Shown piece by piece: positions 1-8,660 of a stretch of 32,000 nucleotides of DNA (position 1 is its first letter; every line of letters starts with the position of its first letter). The notes under the pieces are model-generated. The model was not told where the DNA came from. It worked only from the letters and a program-made list of their open reading frames with translations, and ran no database searches. The stretch spans positions 556,548-588,547 of the forward strand of contig CAWGLD010000001.1 in assembly GCA_963823335.1 (NCBI GenBank), written 5' to 3'. The position numbers were made by a program, and so were the translations under genes. This DNA comes from an uncultured delta proteobacterium. Lineage in GTDB: Bacteria; Desulfobacterota; Desulfobacteria; Desulfobacterales; B30-G6.

Positions 1-153
1 CCCATGGCCAAGAATGTCATCCGAGCACTCTCTGCCGCTGAAACCCGACCGTTTTTAGATACCGTTCTCATGCAGACCACCGCCGAAGACGTTGAGAAAC
101 TTGTTCGTGAAGCATACGGAGACATCATAACCCAGGCAACATCACCGGAATAG
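1..153 (+). CDS. C-terminal fragment of a PTS enzyme I / PtsP-like phosphotransferase (truncated by the window edge)
   Basis: Frame 1 reads ...PMAKNVIRALSAAETRPFLDTVLMQTTAEDVEKLVREAYGDIITQATSPE* with stop at 151-153; resembles the enzyme I C-terminal tail (RxLS..E/A..VL..TTAEDVEKLV). Only 50 residues visible. Confidence 0.45.
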   Translation, partial: PMAKNVIRALSAAETRPFLDTVLMQTTAEDVEKLVREAYGDIITQATSPE

Positions 154-184
154 GGGGAAGGGTATGAAGGGACCGAGGGTCCAG

Positions 185-278
185 GGTTCGAGGGTGATAC
201 AAGGGTTGGAGAGTGGCTGAGGGCAGTGAGCGAAAGGCACCTAATCGTCTACAGTCTAAACCGCTAAAAGGCTAACCA
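185..278 (+). repeat. Dispersed 3'-end-associated repeat family A, copy 1
   Basis: GGTTCGAGGGTGATACAAGGGTTGGAGAGTGGCTGAGGGCAGTGAGCGAAAGGCACCTAATCGTCTACAGTCTAAACCGCTAAAAGGCTAACC; starts ~30 nt after the ptsP-like stop. Confidence 0.75.
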
Positions 279-293
279 GGGAGTTGACCGTCA

Positions 294-755
294 ATGAATC
301 AGGGTCATATAAAAAAGATCGCAGAAAACCGAAAAGCGCGTTACGATTTTCATATCGAAGATACCTATGAGGCCGGAATTGTACTGCTCGGGACTGAAGT
401 TAAATCCCTCCGAACAGGCCGGGCCAACCTGAAAGACTCTTACGCCAAGGTTACCAATGGGGAGGTGTTCGCACACCAGATTCACATCGGCGCTTATCCC
501 TTCGCCTACTACGACAACCACGACCCTTTGAGGGTTAGAAAACTTCTTTTGAAAAATCATGAAATCAAACGGCTCTACGCAAAAGTCAACGAGAAGGGAT
601 ATTCTCTGATACCCTTGAGCCTCTACTTCAAGGACGGCAAGGCCAAGATGACCCTGGCCCTGGCAAAAGGCAAACGCAAGTACGACAAACGGGAATCCAT
701 CAGAAGCCGAGATGAAAAAAGAGATCTGGATCGTCAGAGAAAAGAGTACAAATAA
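294..755 (+). CDS. smpB: SsrA-binding protein SmpB
   Basis: 153 aa; IAENRKARYDFHIEDTYEAGIVLLGTEVKSLRTGRANLKDSYAKV...LLLKNHEI..L and C-terminal GKRKYDKRESIRSRDEKRDLDR are characteristic of SmpB. Confidence 0.97.
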   Translation: MNQGHIKKIAENRKARYDFHIEDTYEAGIVLLGTEVKSLRTGRANLKDSYAKVTNGEVFAHQIHIGAYPFAYYDNHDPLRVRKLLLKNHEIKRLYAKVNEKGYSLIPLSLYFKDGKAKMTLALAKGKRKYDKRESIRSRDEKRDLDRQRKEYK

Positions 756-808
756 AATCGCTGTGCGACTTTATTTGCGAATGCGTTCAGAGTAGATGGA
801 GTACTCTC

Positions 809-1186
809 ATGTCACTGAAAAAAACACCGAACACATCCAACAACCGTGACCGGATTGTTGCGGAAGCCCGTCGCGAACAGGCGCGTCGAGAAAAAAGCTA
901 CCGGGAACGGGCGCTCAAGATGTTCCCCTGGATATGTGGTCGTTGCGGTCGTGAATTTTCCGGACAGCGTGTTCGAGAACTGACCGTGCATCACAAGGAT
1001 CACGACCACGACAACAACCCGCCGGATGGGAGCAACTGGGAACTGCTCTGCATCTACTGCCACGACAACGAACACTCACGGGACCAGGTGGCAGAGTGGT
1101 ACCAACAGACCCCTGCGGATGACGAGTCGTCTCCGGTGGTCGGCCACAAGCCCTTTGCCGGTCTTGCCGATCTTTTAAAAAAATAA
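809..1186 (+). CDS. YajD-family HNH nuclease
   Basis: 125 aa with WICGRCGREF...ELTVHHKDHDHDNNPPDGSNWELLCIYCHDNEHS: CxxC plus HNH core typical of YajD. Confidence 0.85.
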   Translation: MSLKKTPNTSNNRDRIVAEARREQARREKSYRERALKMFPWICGRCGREFSGQRVRELTVHHKDHDHDNNPPDGSNWELLCIYCHDNEHSRDQVAEWYQQTPADDESSPVVGHKPFAGLADLLKK

Positions 1187-1238
1187 TACCAGTATAAAAT
1201 CGGGTAAGATCCTCTTTTCCCGAACACAAGGACTTGCA

Positions 1239-2447
1239 ATGAACAACCCGCCTGCAGTAGCCGTTGTCGGTACATTTGATTCAAAGGGAGAAGAACATCT
1301 GTTCCTCAAGAACCGTATTGAAGAATTGGGGCTCCAGGTGTTGACCGTAAATGTCGGGACCAGAGAACCCATTCCCTTCGAAGTATCCCATGACCTGTAT
1401 GCGTCCATGAAAAAGGATGCGACACTGGATGACAGTAACCGGGACAAAGCCATTCAGGGAATGATCCATGGAGGCATACAGTTAATAAAACAACTGTATC
1501 GCGATGGTAAAATCCAGGCCATGATATCCGCCGGCGGTGGCAGTGGAACGCACCTCTGTTCCAGTATCATGCGCGAACTCCCTATCGGGGTTCCAAAGGT
1601 GATGGTTTCAACCGTTGCCTCTCGAGACATGAAGCACACTGTCGGCACCAAAGACATCACCATGATGCACAGCGTGGTGGACCTGCTGGGGGTGAACAGC
1701 ATTTCCGGAATTATTCTGGACAAGGCCGCAGCAGCCGTTTGCGGCATGACCATGAGTCAATGGCGGCCTGCTAAAGACAAAAGACGTATTGCACTCTCAT
1801 TTTTCGGCTTCATCACAAAATCGGCCGAAGCAGTTAAAAAGGCCCTGGAGGGCATGGGCTATGAAGTGATTCCCTTTCATGCCAATGGCACCGGCGGTAT
1901 GGCCATGGAGGAGCTGGCCGCAGAAGGATATTTTGACGGCATTCTCGATCTGGCAACCCATGAACTGGCCGATGCGTTGATGGGTGGCTACTGCAGCGGC
2001 ATCGGGCCCGGGCGTTTCGAGCCGTCTGCGGGGAAAAATATTCCCCGGCTGATCACACCGGGAGGTCTTGACTGTGCCGTGCTCGAATTTACTCGCCAGC
2101 ATGTTCCCGAAGAATACAGGAACCGCAAGGTATTTTATTATGACTTCAGATCCGCCATTCGCCTCACCCTCGAAGAGAGCCGGGTACTGGCTGAACAGCT
2201 GTCTGACAGACTGAACAAGGACGTGAAAAATGTTCATGTCCTGGTTCCCACCCAAGGATGGTCCGAAGCAGACCAGCAGGACGGACCGCTGTATGACCCT
2301 GAAACAAATGCATATCTGGTTAAAATTTTCAAAGAAAAACTGGACAAACGCATTCAGCTTCAGGAAATCGACATGCACATCAATGATCCTGGTTTTGCTC
2401 AAATTGCGGCCAATGTAATGGATCAGATGGTCAAAGAGCGCAGCTAA
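1239..2447 (+). CDS. Tm-1-like ATP-binding domain-containing protein (UPF0261), paralogue 1
   Basis: 402 aa; AVVGTFDSKGEEHLFLKNRIEELG, ISAGGGSGTHLCSSIMRELPIGVPKVMVSTVASRD, HANGTGGMAMEELAAEGYFDGILDLATHELAD, PTQGWSEADQQDGPLYDPE: all hallmark segments of the Tm-1/UPF0261 family. Confidence 0.9.
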   Translation: MNNPPAVAVVGTFDSKGEEHLFLKNRIEELGLQVLTVNVGTREPIPFEVSHDLYASMKKDATLDDSNRDKAIQGMIHGGIQLIKQLYRDGKIQAMISAGGGSGTHLCSSIMRELPIGVPKVMVSTVASRDMKHTVGTKDITMMHSVVDLLGVNSISGIILDKAAAAVCGMTMSQWRPAKDKRRIALSFFGFITKSAEAVKKALEGMGYEVIPFHANGTGGMAMEELAAEGYFDGILDLATHELADALMGGYCSGIGPGRFEPSAGKNIPRLITPGGLDCAVLEFTRQHVPEEYRNRKVFYYDFRSAIRLTLEESRVLAEQLSDRLNKDVKNVHVLVPTQGWSEADQQDGPLYDPETNAYLVKIFKEKLDKRIQLQEIDMHINDPGFAQIAANVMDQMVKERS

Positions 2448-2487
2448 ATGTCTAACTCCGAATATCAAAAGCGGAGATCTTCCAAAA

Positions 2488-3366
2488 ATGATTATCAAAC
2501 CCGATTGCATCCCCTGTATCTTGAACATGTCTTTGCACTATCTTCGCAAACTGTCCCTTGGCGAGGAACAGGTCAACAAGATCTGTTCAGATATTCTGAC
2601 ATTGCGACCCCTCAGGGGAGAGATATGGGATATCACCAGCCCGGAAATCATCGAGCCGATCATGAAGAAAATCATGTCCGCTGTCGGCAGTCACGATCCC
2701 TTTGCAGTTGAAAGGGTAAAGCAGAACCAGAAGATGCTGACGCTGTATCCACAGCTGCAAAAAATGGTAAAGACAGCTGAGCATCCATTTAAAGCAGCAG
2801 CACACCTCGCCGGTCTTGGAAATGCCATCGATGTCATGCTGGTGGGGGGTGCCACAGATATTCAGAAAATCATCAAAGAACAACTCGCCGATCCTCTGCC
2901 GGAAAATGTATTAGAGATACTTGAAAAACGGATCATGAGCAGTCGCCACATTCTCTACTTTGGCGACAATGCCGGAGAAATCGTTCTGGACAGGCTGTTC
3001 ATCGAAACGATCAAAGAGCACTATGATACAGACATTACCTTTGTGGTCAGAAGTATGCCGACCTTGAACGATGCAACCCTGAAAGATGCAGAACAGACAG
3101 GTATGGCCAATCTGGTGCGTGTCATGGAGAACGGTATCGATGGTCCTGTCCCCGGAACCCTGCTGAATCGATGCTCAGGTGAGTTGCAGCGTCTTTTTCA
3201 GGAGGCGGATCTGATCATATCCAAAGGCGGTGGGAATTTTGACACCCTGGATGAGCTGCCGGAGAAGCGCAAAAGCAAGATATCCTATCTGCTGCTGTCA
3301 AAATGCCGCCCCTACCAAGAGCATTTTGGTGTGGGATTGCAGCGGGCGATACTATTTAACGCTTAG
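2488..3366 (+). CDS. DUF89 / ARMT1-like damage-control phosphatase family protein
   Basis: 292 aa; MIIKPDCIPCILNMSL N-terminus, HILYFGDNAGEIVLDRLFIETI, LIISKGGGNFDTLDE, YLLLSKCRP motifs of the DUF89 family. Confidence 0.85.
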   Translation: MIIKPDCIPCILNMSLHYLRKLSLGEEQVNKICSDILTLRPLRGEIWDITSPEIIEPIMKKIMSAVGSHDPFAVERVKQNQKMLTLYPQLQKMVKTAEHPFKAAAHLAGLGNAIDVMLVGGATDIQKIIKEQLADPLPENVLEILEKRIMSSRHILYFGDNAGEIVLDRLFIETIKEHYDTDITFVVRSMPTLNDATLKDAEQTGMANLVRVMENGIDGPVPGTLLNRCSGELQRLFQEADLIISKGGGNFDTLDELPEKRKSKISYLLLSKCRPYQEHFGVGLQRAILFNA

Positions 3367-3378
3367 AGAACTTTAAAA

Positions 3379-3535
3379 AAGGGTTTGAGGGTGATACAAG
3401 GGTGGTACAAGGGTTCGAGGGGGATAAAGGGGTTCGAGGGTCAGAGGGGGATACAAGGGTTGGAGGGTGGCTGACAGCAGTTAGCGAAAGGCACCTAATA
3501 GTCTACAGTCTAAACCGCTAAAAGGCTAACCAGGG
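3379..3535 (+). repeat. Dispersed 3'-end-associated repeat family A, copy 2
   Basis: ...GGGTTGGAGGGTGGCTGACAGCAGTTAGCGAAAGGCACCTAATAGTCTACAGTCTAAACCGCTAAAAGGCTAACCAGG; starts 13 nt after the DUF89 stop. Confidence 0.75.
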
Positions 3536-3650
3536 GTGGAGGGTGGTACAGGGGTTGGAGGGAAATAACTGTCATTTGCTTCGCGTAAATGAAAATGTTT
3601 CAGCTGTTAGGTTTTAAGTGTTAGGTAAGTCACGGGCTAAGAGCAACAAT

Positions 3651-3778
3651 AAATTACGCGCGCAGCGCAAATGACAGCCGAAGGCGAAATGTCGCGCGCA
3701 GCGCAAATGTCGTCCGCTAGGACAAATGACGCACGAAGTGCAAATGACATCCGAAGGATAAATGACGCCTGAAAGGCG
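3651..3778 (+). repeat. Tandem array of seven 18-19 nt units, each AAATGWC plus a 4-bp mini-hairpin (array 1)
   Basis: Units: AAATTAC-GCGC-GCA-GCGC / AAATGAC-AGCC-GAA-GGCG / AAATGTC-GCGC-GCA-GCGC / AAATGTC-GTCC-GCTA-GGAC / AAATGAC-GCAC-GAA-GTGC / AAATGAC-ATCC-GAA-GGAT / AAATGAC-GCCT-GAA-AGGC-g. Confidence 0.85.
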
Positions 3779-3795
3779 AATGCACAGGGGGGCCC

Positions 3796-5007
3796 ATGCA
3801 GAAACCAAGCGTACTTCTTGTGGCAACAATGGATACCAAGTTCAGGGAAGCCGGCTTCATAGAATCCTGTCTCAAAGAATCCGGCTGTGCGGTCACGGTT
3901 ATGGATGCCGGGATTCGTGGCGATAGCCCCGTACCTGTCACAATTACAAGACACGAAGTCGCCCGGGCCGGCGGAAAAACATTATCGGAAATTCAATCCA
4001 TAGGCCACGAAGGCGAAGCTCTCAACATGATGCTCATGGGCGCCTGCAGGATTGCGGACGAAATGATCGCCAAGGGTGCCGTCATTGGTGTCATAAGTCT
4101 GGGCGGCTCCATGGGAACCACACTCGGTACGGGTGTCATGCGCCGATTTCCCATCGGGGTCCCAAAGGTGATGATCTCCACCATGGCCTCCAGGGATACC
4201 CGCACGTTTGTGGGAACAAAAGACATTCTTATGCTGCACGCCGTCTGTGATCTCTCGGGCCTCAACCGGTTTTCGAGAAAAATACTCCACAACGGCGCCA
4301 TGGCCCTCTACGGCATGGTGTCCCGGAGCCGGAAAGACATTTCATCAGACAAATCCATGATCTTTATTTCCACTCTGGGAACCACCGAGAAATGTGTTCA
4401 GGAGATACGCGCCTCCCTCGAAAAACAGGGTAAGGAAGTCGTGGTCTTTCACACGGTGGGTTCCGGCGGCAGAGCCATGGAAGAACTCATCGCCTCAGAA
4501 CCGGTTGAAGCCCTGGTGGACCTCTCCCTGCATGAAATGGCGGATCATCGTTTCGGAGGGGATTACGATGCAGGACCTGACAGGGGTTCCGTGGCATTGA
4601 AAAAGGGGATTCCGGTCGTCCTGGTACCCGGAAATATCGATTTTCTTGTGTCAGGACCGCTGGAGCAGTCCCTGAAAGATTTTCCCGATCGGCCGTACCA
4701 TGTTCACAATACAGCCATTACGGTTGTACGAACGACCCGTGAAGAGATTGAAAGCATTGCCCGGCATGTAGGGGATTATTGTAATGCCGCCCCTGGACCG
4801 TACACCCTGGTAATTCCCATGAAGGGATTTTCAGCCTTTGACGCCATAGAGGGGCCGCTTCACGACCCCCAGGCACCGACCTGCTTTGTCAAAGCCCTGG
4901 AATCCCAGCTGTCCGACACATCACGGATGCACACCCTGCCATACCACATCAATGATTCCGGCTTTTCTGCAGCTGTGATTGAAAAGCTCCAAGAACTGTT
5001 GCCCTGA
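3796..5007 (+). CDS. Tm-1-like ATP-binding domain-containing protein (UPF0261), paralogue 2
   Basis: 403 aa; GVISLGGSMGTTLGTGVMRRFPIGVPKVMISTMASRDTRTFVGTKDILMLHAVCDLSG, FHTVGSGGRAMEELIASEPVEALVDLSLHEMAD, IPMKGFSAFDAIEGPLHDPQ. Confidence 0.9.
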   Translation: MQKPSVLLVATMDTKFREAGFIESCLKESGCAVTVMDAGIRGDSPVPVTITRHEVARAGGKTLSEIQSIGHEGEALNMMLMGACRIADEMIAKGAVIGVISLGGSMGTTLGTGVMRRFPIGVPKVMISTMASRDTRTFVGTKDILMLHAVCDLSGLNRFSRKILHNGAMALYGMVSRSRKDISSDKSMIFISTLGTTEKCVQEIRASLEKQGKEVVVFHTVGSGGRAMEELIASEPVEALVDLSLHEMADHRFGGDYDAGPDRGSVALKKGIPVVLVPGNIDFLVSGPLEQSLKDFPDRPYHVHNTAITVVRTTREEIESIARHVGDYCNAAPGPYTLVIPMKGFSAFDAIEGPLHDPQAPTCFVKALESQLSDTSRMHTLPYHINDSGFSAAVIEKLQELLP

Positions 5008-5013
5008 TCTCTA

Positions 5014-5388
5014 TCAGAAGCCATCAACAACCATCTTCCTGAAAAAAGCTATTGTGTCTTTTGCTTCAGTAATTACTGAATAAATAAGAACGCAAAACTG
5101 AAGACCAAAAATAACGCTTTCTAAAATAAAGAACTGTCTTGGGCTTGCGGTAAAAACAAGAAAAGGAACCAGTATCGCCGATAGCCAGAGAAAAATATAA
5201 CGGAATATAATCTTTTTCTTCCGATTTTTTTCCCTTATCAGAGAAATAATTTTCAACATAACATAAACAATAATAATATCCGAGATGCTCCACAATATCC
5301 CTTGAACTTTTGTGGTCAACAGATAGGCTTCTGTTGAAAAGCTCTTACCTATTTCCCAAAAAAACATATCTGTTAATTCTGAGATCAT
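5014..5388 (-). CDS. Small multi-pass membrane protein of unknown function
   Basis: 124 aa, three to four hydrophobic segments (GILWSISDIIIVYVMLKII; IIFRYIFLWLSAILVPFLVF; FFILESVIFGLQFCVLIYSV); start overlaps the stop of the upstream ORF by 4 nt (5385..5388). No family recognised. Confidence 0.6.
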   Translation of the reverse strand: MISELTDMFFWEIGKSFSTEAYLLTTKVQGILWSISDIIIVYVMLKIISLIREKNRKKKIIFRYIFLWLSAILVPFLVFTASPRQFFILESVIFGLQFCVLIYSVITEAKDTIAFFRKMVVDGF

Positions 5389-5981
5389 GCTAGCTTCTTT
5401 TTTAATAGGAAGAATATTTTAAGCCCAATCAGACCAACAATCCATTCTATGATAATCCAGAACATCCCGCATATTTTGATGTAAAAAGTAAAAGAATTTT
5501 GTATGTTCCTATGGGTATACCCGTCCATATCGACCAATGAGCCAAGATATGAATGGTAGGCAGCATAAAATGAAAAAAGACCTAGGAAGAATATACCCGG
5601 CCCAAATAAAAGAATCCTATTAAGTATTGGTTTTTTTCTCTCGATAACAATTCTTAACAGATTATAGATTTTGAAAACATAAATAACGATAGCCGCCTCG
5701 ATTGCTACCCAGAGGGTGCAAAAGAAATTCCACAAATAGCTGTAATAGAAATATCCTAATGGTTTGTATTTATTGCTTAAATACTTGTCGATATGTATCT
5801 CCTGGCCGAAGTTCAAACAGACAAGAAGAACAAAAACAGTGATACAAAAATAGATAAATGCTATTTGCCGGGCGTCACCATTTTTAAGAAAAATAAACCC
5901 TTTTCTGATATAAATCATAACCAATCCTTCGGCGAACAGCCAAAAGATTCCCATGATCTTTATAAAGAATGATAAACTCAT
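5385..5981 (-). CDS. Multi-pass membrane protein of unknown function
   Basis: 198 aa, hydrophobic segments (FFIKIMGIFWLFAEGLVMIYI; IAFIYFCITVFVLLVCL; YLWNFFCTLWVAIEAAIVIYVF; LLFGPGIFFLGLFSFYAAY; FYIKICGMFWIIIEWIVGLIGLKIFFLL). AT-rich relative to neighbours. No family recognised. Confidence 0.6.
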   Translation of the reverse strand: MSLSFFIKIMGIFWLFAEGLVMIYIRKGFIFLKNGDARQIAFIYFCITVFVLLVCLNFGQEIHIDKYLSNKYKPLGYFYYSYLWNFFCTLWVAIEAAIVIYVFKIYNLLRIVIERKKPILNRILLFGPGIFFLGLFSFYAAYHSYLGSLVDMDGYTHRNIQNSFTFYIKICGMFWIIIEWIVGLIGLKIFFLLKKKLA

Positions 5982-6014
5982 GTCTCTTAACCTGGATGAC
6001 GCCTACAACATTTT

Positions 6015-6695
6015 CTAAACGAGCATATCCGTCAAATCCGCGATGCTGTCAATGACGGCATCCGGGTTTTCCCGGCTCAACGCTTTATGGTCGTCAAACC
6101 CGGTGAGCACGCCAACCGTCTTCATCCCGGCTGCCTTACCCGCCTGAATATCTATACGCGCATCCCCCACATACATGCAGTCCCGGGGCAGGACGCCAAG
6201 ACTTTTACAGCCCTTTATCAATGGATCCGGCGCCGGCTTTTTACGGGGTGCATCCTCTGCATGGATGATGAACTCCAGCAGCTTGTCAATGCCTGAGTCC
6301 ACCAGTGTCGGCAGTTTGACCGCCATGCTTTGCCGGGGCGTGGATGTAACAATGCCCATCCTGATCCCTTTTTGCACCATGGCCTGCAGGGCTTTTTTTG
6401 CATCAGGGATCAGTTTTACCTGGTTTCTGAAAAGATTTGGATATATTTCGGCAATGATCTCACGGGTTTTCTTTATCAGGTGGTCTTTTTCTTGGGGTGT
6501 TTTTTTCGGGAACACACTGCCCCATTCAAAATCACCATTTTTTGCTGCCTCCCGAAGTCTGTCCCTGGAAGGCATCGGAAAATCGAGTCGATTGAATACT
6601 ATTTCAATAATCTGGTAGTATATGTGAATGGAGTCCAGAATCGTTCCATCGAGGTCAAACAAAACAGCAGTCACATTAATTTTCTTATTGTTCAC
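6015..6695 (-). CDS. HAD-superfamily hydrolase, phosphoglycolate phosphatase-like
   Basis: 226 aa; AVLFDLDGTLLDS-type motif (VLFDLDGTILDSIHIYYQ), GIVTSTPRQSM, KPAPDPLIKGCKSLGVLPRDCMYVGDARIDIQAGKAAGMKTVGVLTG. Confidence 0.9.
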   Translation of the reverse strand: MNNKKINVTAVLFDLDGTILDSIHIYYQIIEIVFNRLDFPMPSRDRLREAAKNGDFEWGSVFPKKTPQEKDHLIKKTREIIAEIYPNLFRNQVKLIPDAKKALQAMVQKGIRMGIVTSTPRQSMAVKLPTLVDSGIDKLLEFIIHAEDAPRKKPAPDPLIKGCKSLGVLPRDCMYVGDARIDIQAGKAAGMKTVGVLTGFDDHKALSRENPDAVIDSIADLTDMLV

Positions 6696-7277
6696 CTAAT
6701 TATCCTGCGCTTTCTTCTTGTGCATCCAAAAATAGTAAAAGGCCAACAAGGTCATGCCATTGTCGATGCGATTGTCATGAATCTCGGAAGAAACATGGGC
6801 CAGGGGAAGCTTGATGACATCCAGGTCTTCCCCTTCATCCAAGGCGGGTGCCTGCTGAAATTCAGCATCCATGGCCAGGCATACAACACATTTGTTGCTC
6901 AATATGGCCGGCTGGGGAAAACATTCACCAATCACACGAAAATCCCTGGATCCATAGCCGGTCTCCTCCAAAAGCTCTCTCCGGGCGGCTGCAATGGGAG
7001 AAGGATCATCCGGGTCCACCAGCCCGCCAGGCAGCTCCAGGTGTACCTTCTCGGTGCCATGGCGGTACTGGTTGACCATCACGACTTCCTGTTCCGCGGT
7101 AAGCGCCAGCACCACAACCCAGGTGGGGAAGTGAATGGCCATCACATTCATGGTCTTCCCGGTTCTGGGCGAGCGTGCCTCTTTTGATTCTATCTGCATG
7201 AGTTTGAAATCATGCAGGATTTTTCGATTCAATATTTTCCACGGTCGGATCATTCTGACAACTCCTTGATTACGCAA
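6696..7277 (-). CDS. NUDIX hydrolase, ADP-ribose pyrophosphatase-like
   Basis: 193 aa; NQYRHG...LELPGGLVDPDDPSPIAAARRELLEETGYG (Nudix box with Asp instead of the first conserved Glu). First ATG giving MIRPWK may be the real start. Confidence 0.85.
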   Translation of the reverse strand: MRNQGVVRMIRPWKILNRKILHDFKLMQIESKEARSPRTGKTMNVMAIHFPTWVVVLALTAEQEVVMVNQYRHGTEKVHLELPGGLVDPDDPSPIAAARRELLEETGYGSRDFRVIGECFPQPAILSNKCVVCLAMDAEFQQAPALDEGEDLDVIKLPLAHVSSEIHDNRIDNGMTLLAFYYFWMHKKKAQDN

Positions 7278-7311
7278 TGTTTTAGGTGTTAGGTATTAAG
7301 TTTTAGGTTCA

Positions 7312-7395
7312 GCCACAAGACAGGTGCCCCTTTGCTGTCCGCTAATGGCCGTCACCCTTATACCACCCTCCGACCCTCCAACCCCCTCATCACCC
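7312..7395 (-). repeat. Dispersed 3'-end-associated repeat family A, diverged copy in minus orientation
   Basis: Minus strand: GGTGAGGGTGATGAGGGGGTTGGAGGGTCGGAGGGTGGTATAAGGGTGACGGCCATTAGCGGACAGCAAAGGGGCACC; begins right at the LysR stop. Confidence 0.5.
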
Positions 7396-8343
7396 TCACC
7401 TCTGCTGGGCCAGTATCTTCAACATCAAGGCCCCGATATCCTGTGGTCGCATATCTTCGGAGCGTAATTTTTTCAAGACTTTTTCAAAAGCCCTGGCAGG
7501 CATGGACAAGGGTTGCTTTTTCAGGTAGGCAAAACTGACGTCAAGATAAATCTGTTGTCCTTTGAGGGGAATCGTGGCCAATTTTCCTTCTTCGATTTCC
7601 GCAGCCACACAGGCCTTCACAAGAATGGAAACCCCCTCCCCTTTCTGAACCAGCTGTTTGATAAATTCGTTGTTACTGGTTTCCATGAGAACATTGGGTG
7701 TACAATCATGCTGTTTAAAAAGCATGTTCACGCGCTTTCGGGTTCCTGAACCTGTTTCCTTCATGATCAGCGGCTCTTTAGCCAGGTCCTGGGGGGAGAT
7801 GTCTCCTTCGGCTGTCAGCGGGTGATTTACCGGAACAACAAGAATCAGCTCTTCCTGACTGAAAGGAACAAATGTAACCGCTGGATTCTCTGATGCCTTT
7901 GCAATGACAGCCACTTCATTCTTGAATTCCAGGAGGGTGTTGGTCATGTCCAGTGAGCTGCCCTCATCCAGATGAATTTTGATGCCGGGGTAGTCTTTAT
8001 GAAAGCTGGAGAGCAGCGACGGCATAAAATAGCGCGCATAGGTCTTGGTGGTTCCCAGCCTCAGAACACCCCGTTTCAGCTCCTTCATGTCATCGATGAC
8101 GTTCTCGATTTCTTTTTCATATTGAAAGATTTTCTGGGTGTATTCATACAGTGTCTTGCCTTCTTCCGTCAGATGTATCTGGCGTCCCTTTTTCTTGAAC
8201 AGCTTCAGGTTGCATCCTTCTTCCAGTGCCTTGACCTGGGCCGTTACAGCCGGTTGTGTTACGAAGAGCATGCCTGCCGCAACCGTAAAACTGGCATGCT
8301 TCGCTGCATAATGAAAGGTCCTGAGCTGGTTGAAGTTCAACAT
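7396..8343 (-). CDS. LysR-family transcriptional regulator
   Basis: MLNFNQLRTFHYAAKHASFTVAAGMLFVTQPAVTAQVKALEEGCNLKLFKKKGRQIHLTEEG is a LysR HTH; the ORF track extends to 8409 but the internal ATG at 8343 fits the family start. Divergent from the phenylphosphate synthase-like gene. Confidence 0.9.
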   Translation of the reverse strand: MLNFNQLRTFHYAAKHASFTVAAGMLFVTQPAVTAQVKALEEGCNLKLFKKKGRQIHLTEEGKTLYEYTQKIFQYEKEIENVIDDMKELKRGVLRLGTTKTYARYFMPSLLSSFHKDYPGIKIHLDEGSSLDMTNTLLEFKNEVAVIAKASENPAVTFVPFSQEELILVVPVNHPLTAEGDISPQDLAKEPLIMKETGSGTRKRVNMLFKQHDCTPNVLMETSNNEFIKQLVQKGEGVSILVKACVAAEIEEGKLATIPLKGQQIYLDVSFAYLKKQPLSMPARAFEKVLKKLRSEDMRPQDIGALMLKILAQQR

Positions 8344-8473
8344 GAACGTCTTCCTTTTTGAAGTATCTCCCAACAAGTCACGGGGCAAGCGCGCGCTGTC
8401 GTGTTTCAAAACTTTTATTTATGGAAAATAAATCACATAAGAAAATGTTATAATCAACATAAATTTAATTGAA

Positions 8474-8504
8474 TTGACAGAATATTTTAGTTACTCCATA
8501 AATA
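8474..8504 (+). promoter_or_regulatory. Candidate sigma70-type promoter in the LysR/ppsA-like divergent region
   Basis: TTGACA at 8474-8479, 17 nt spacer, CATAAA at 8497-8502, inside a strongly AT-rich segment of the 317-bp divergent region. Sequence inspection only. Confidence 0.3.
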
Positions 8505-8660
8505 TTTATATTATATCTCCTTCTGCTGCTGAATGTTTTTGCTGATACTTCTTACTGAGACTGGTTTCAGAGCCTCCATTATTCATCGTCCAAGCTTACC
8601 CTGCGGACCTTCAGGGTTCGGCAAAATTCCTATTAACCCCACACAAAAAGGAGGATAAAA

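Noticed and set aside
1797-2528. 243-aa minus-strand ORF
   Set aside because: Antisense to Tm-1 paralogue 1 with no family signature.
3651-3790. CRISPR-like array
   Set aside because: Periodicity is 18-19 nt with no room for 30-40 nt unique spacers, the repeats themselves vary and no cas genes are nearby; these are tandem mini-hairpin units.
3637-3954. 105-aa minus-strand ORF with repetitive ALRASF peptides
   Set aside because: Product of translating the tandem DNA repeat; no independent coding evidence.
6015-6695. HAD hydrolase as the PpcD-like subunit of phenylphosphate carboxylase
   Set aside because: It is on the opposite strand, paired with a NUDIX gene, and its motifs fit a generic phosphoglycolate phosphatase; size (226 aa) also exceeds the ~18 kDa delta subunit.
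6330-7187. 285-aa plus-strand ORF
   Set aside because: Antisense to the HAD and NUDIX genes, which have strong family motifs; considered a shadow ORF.
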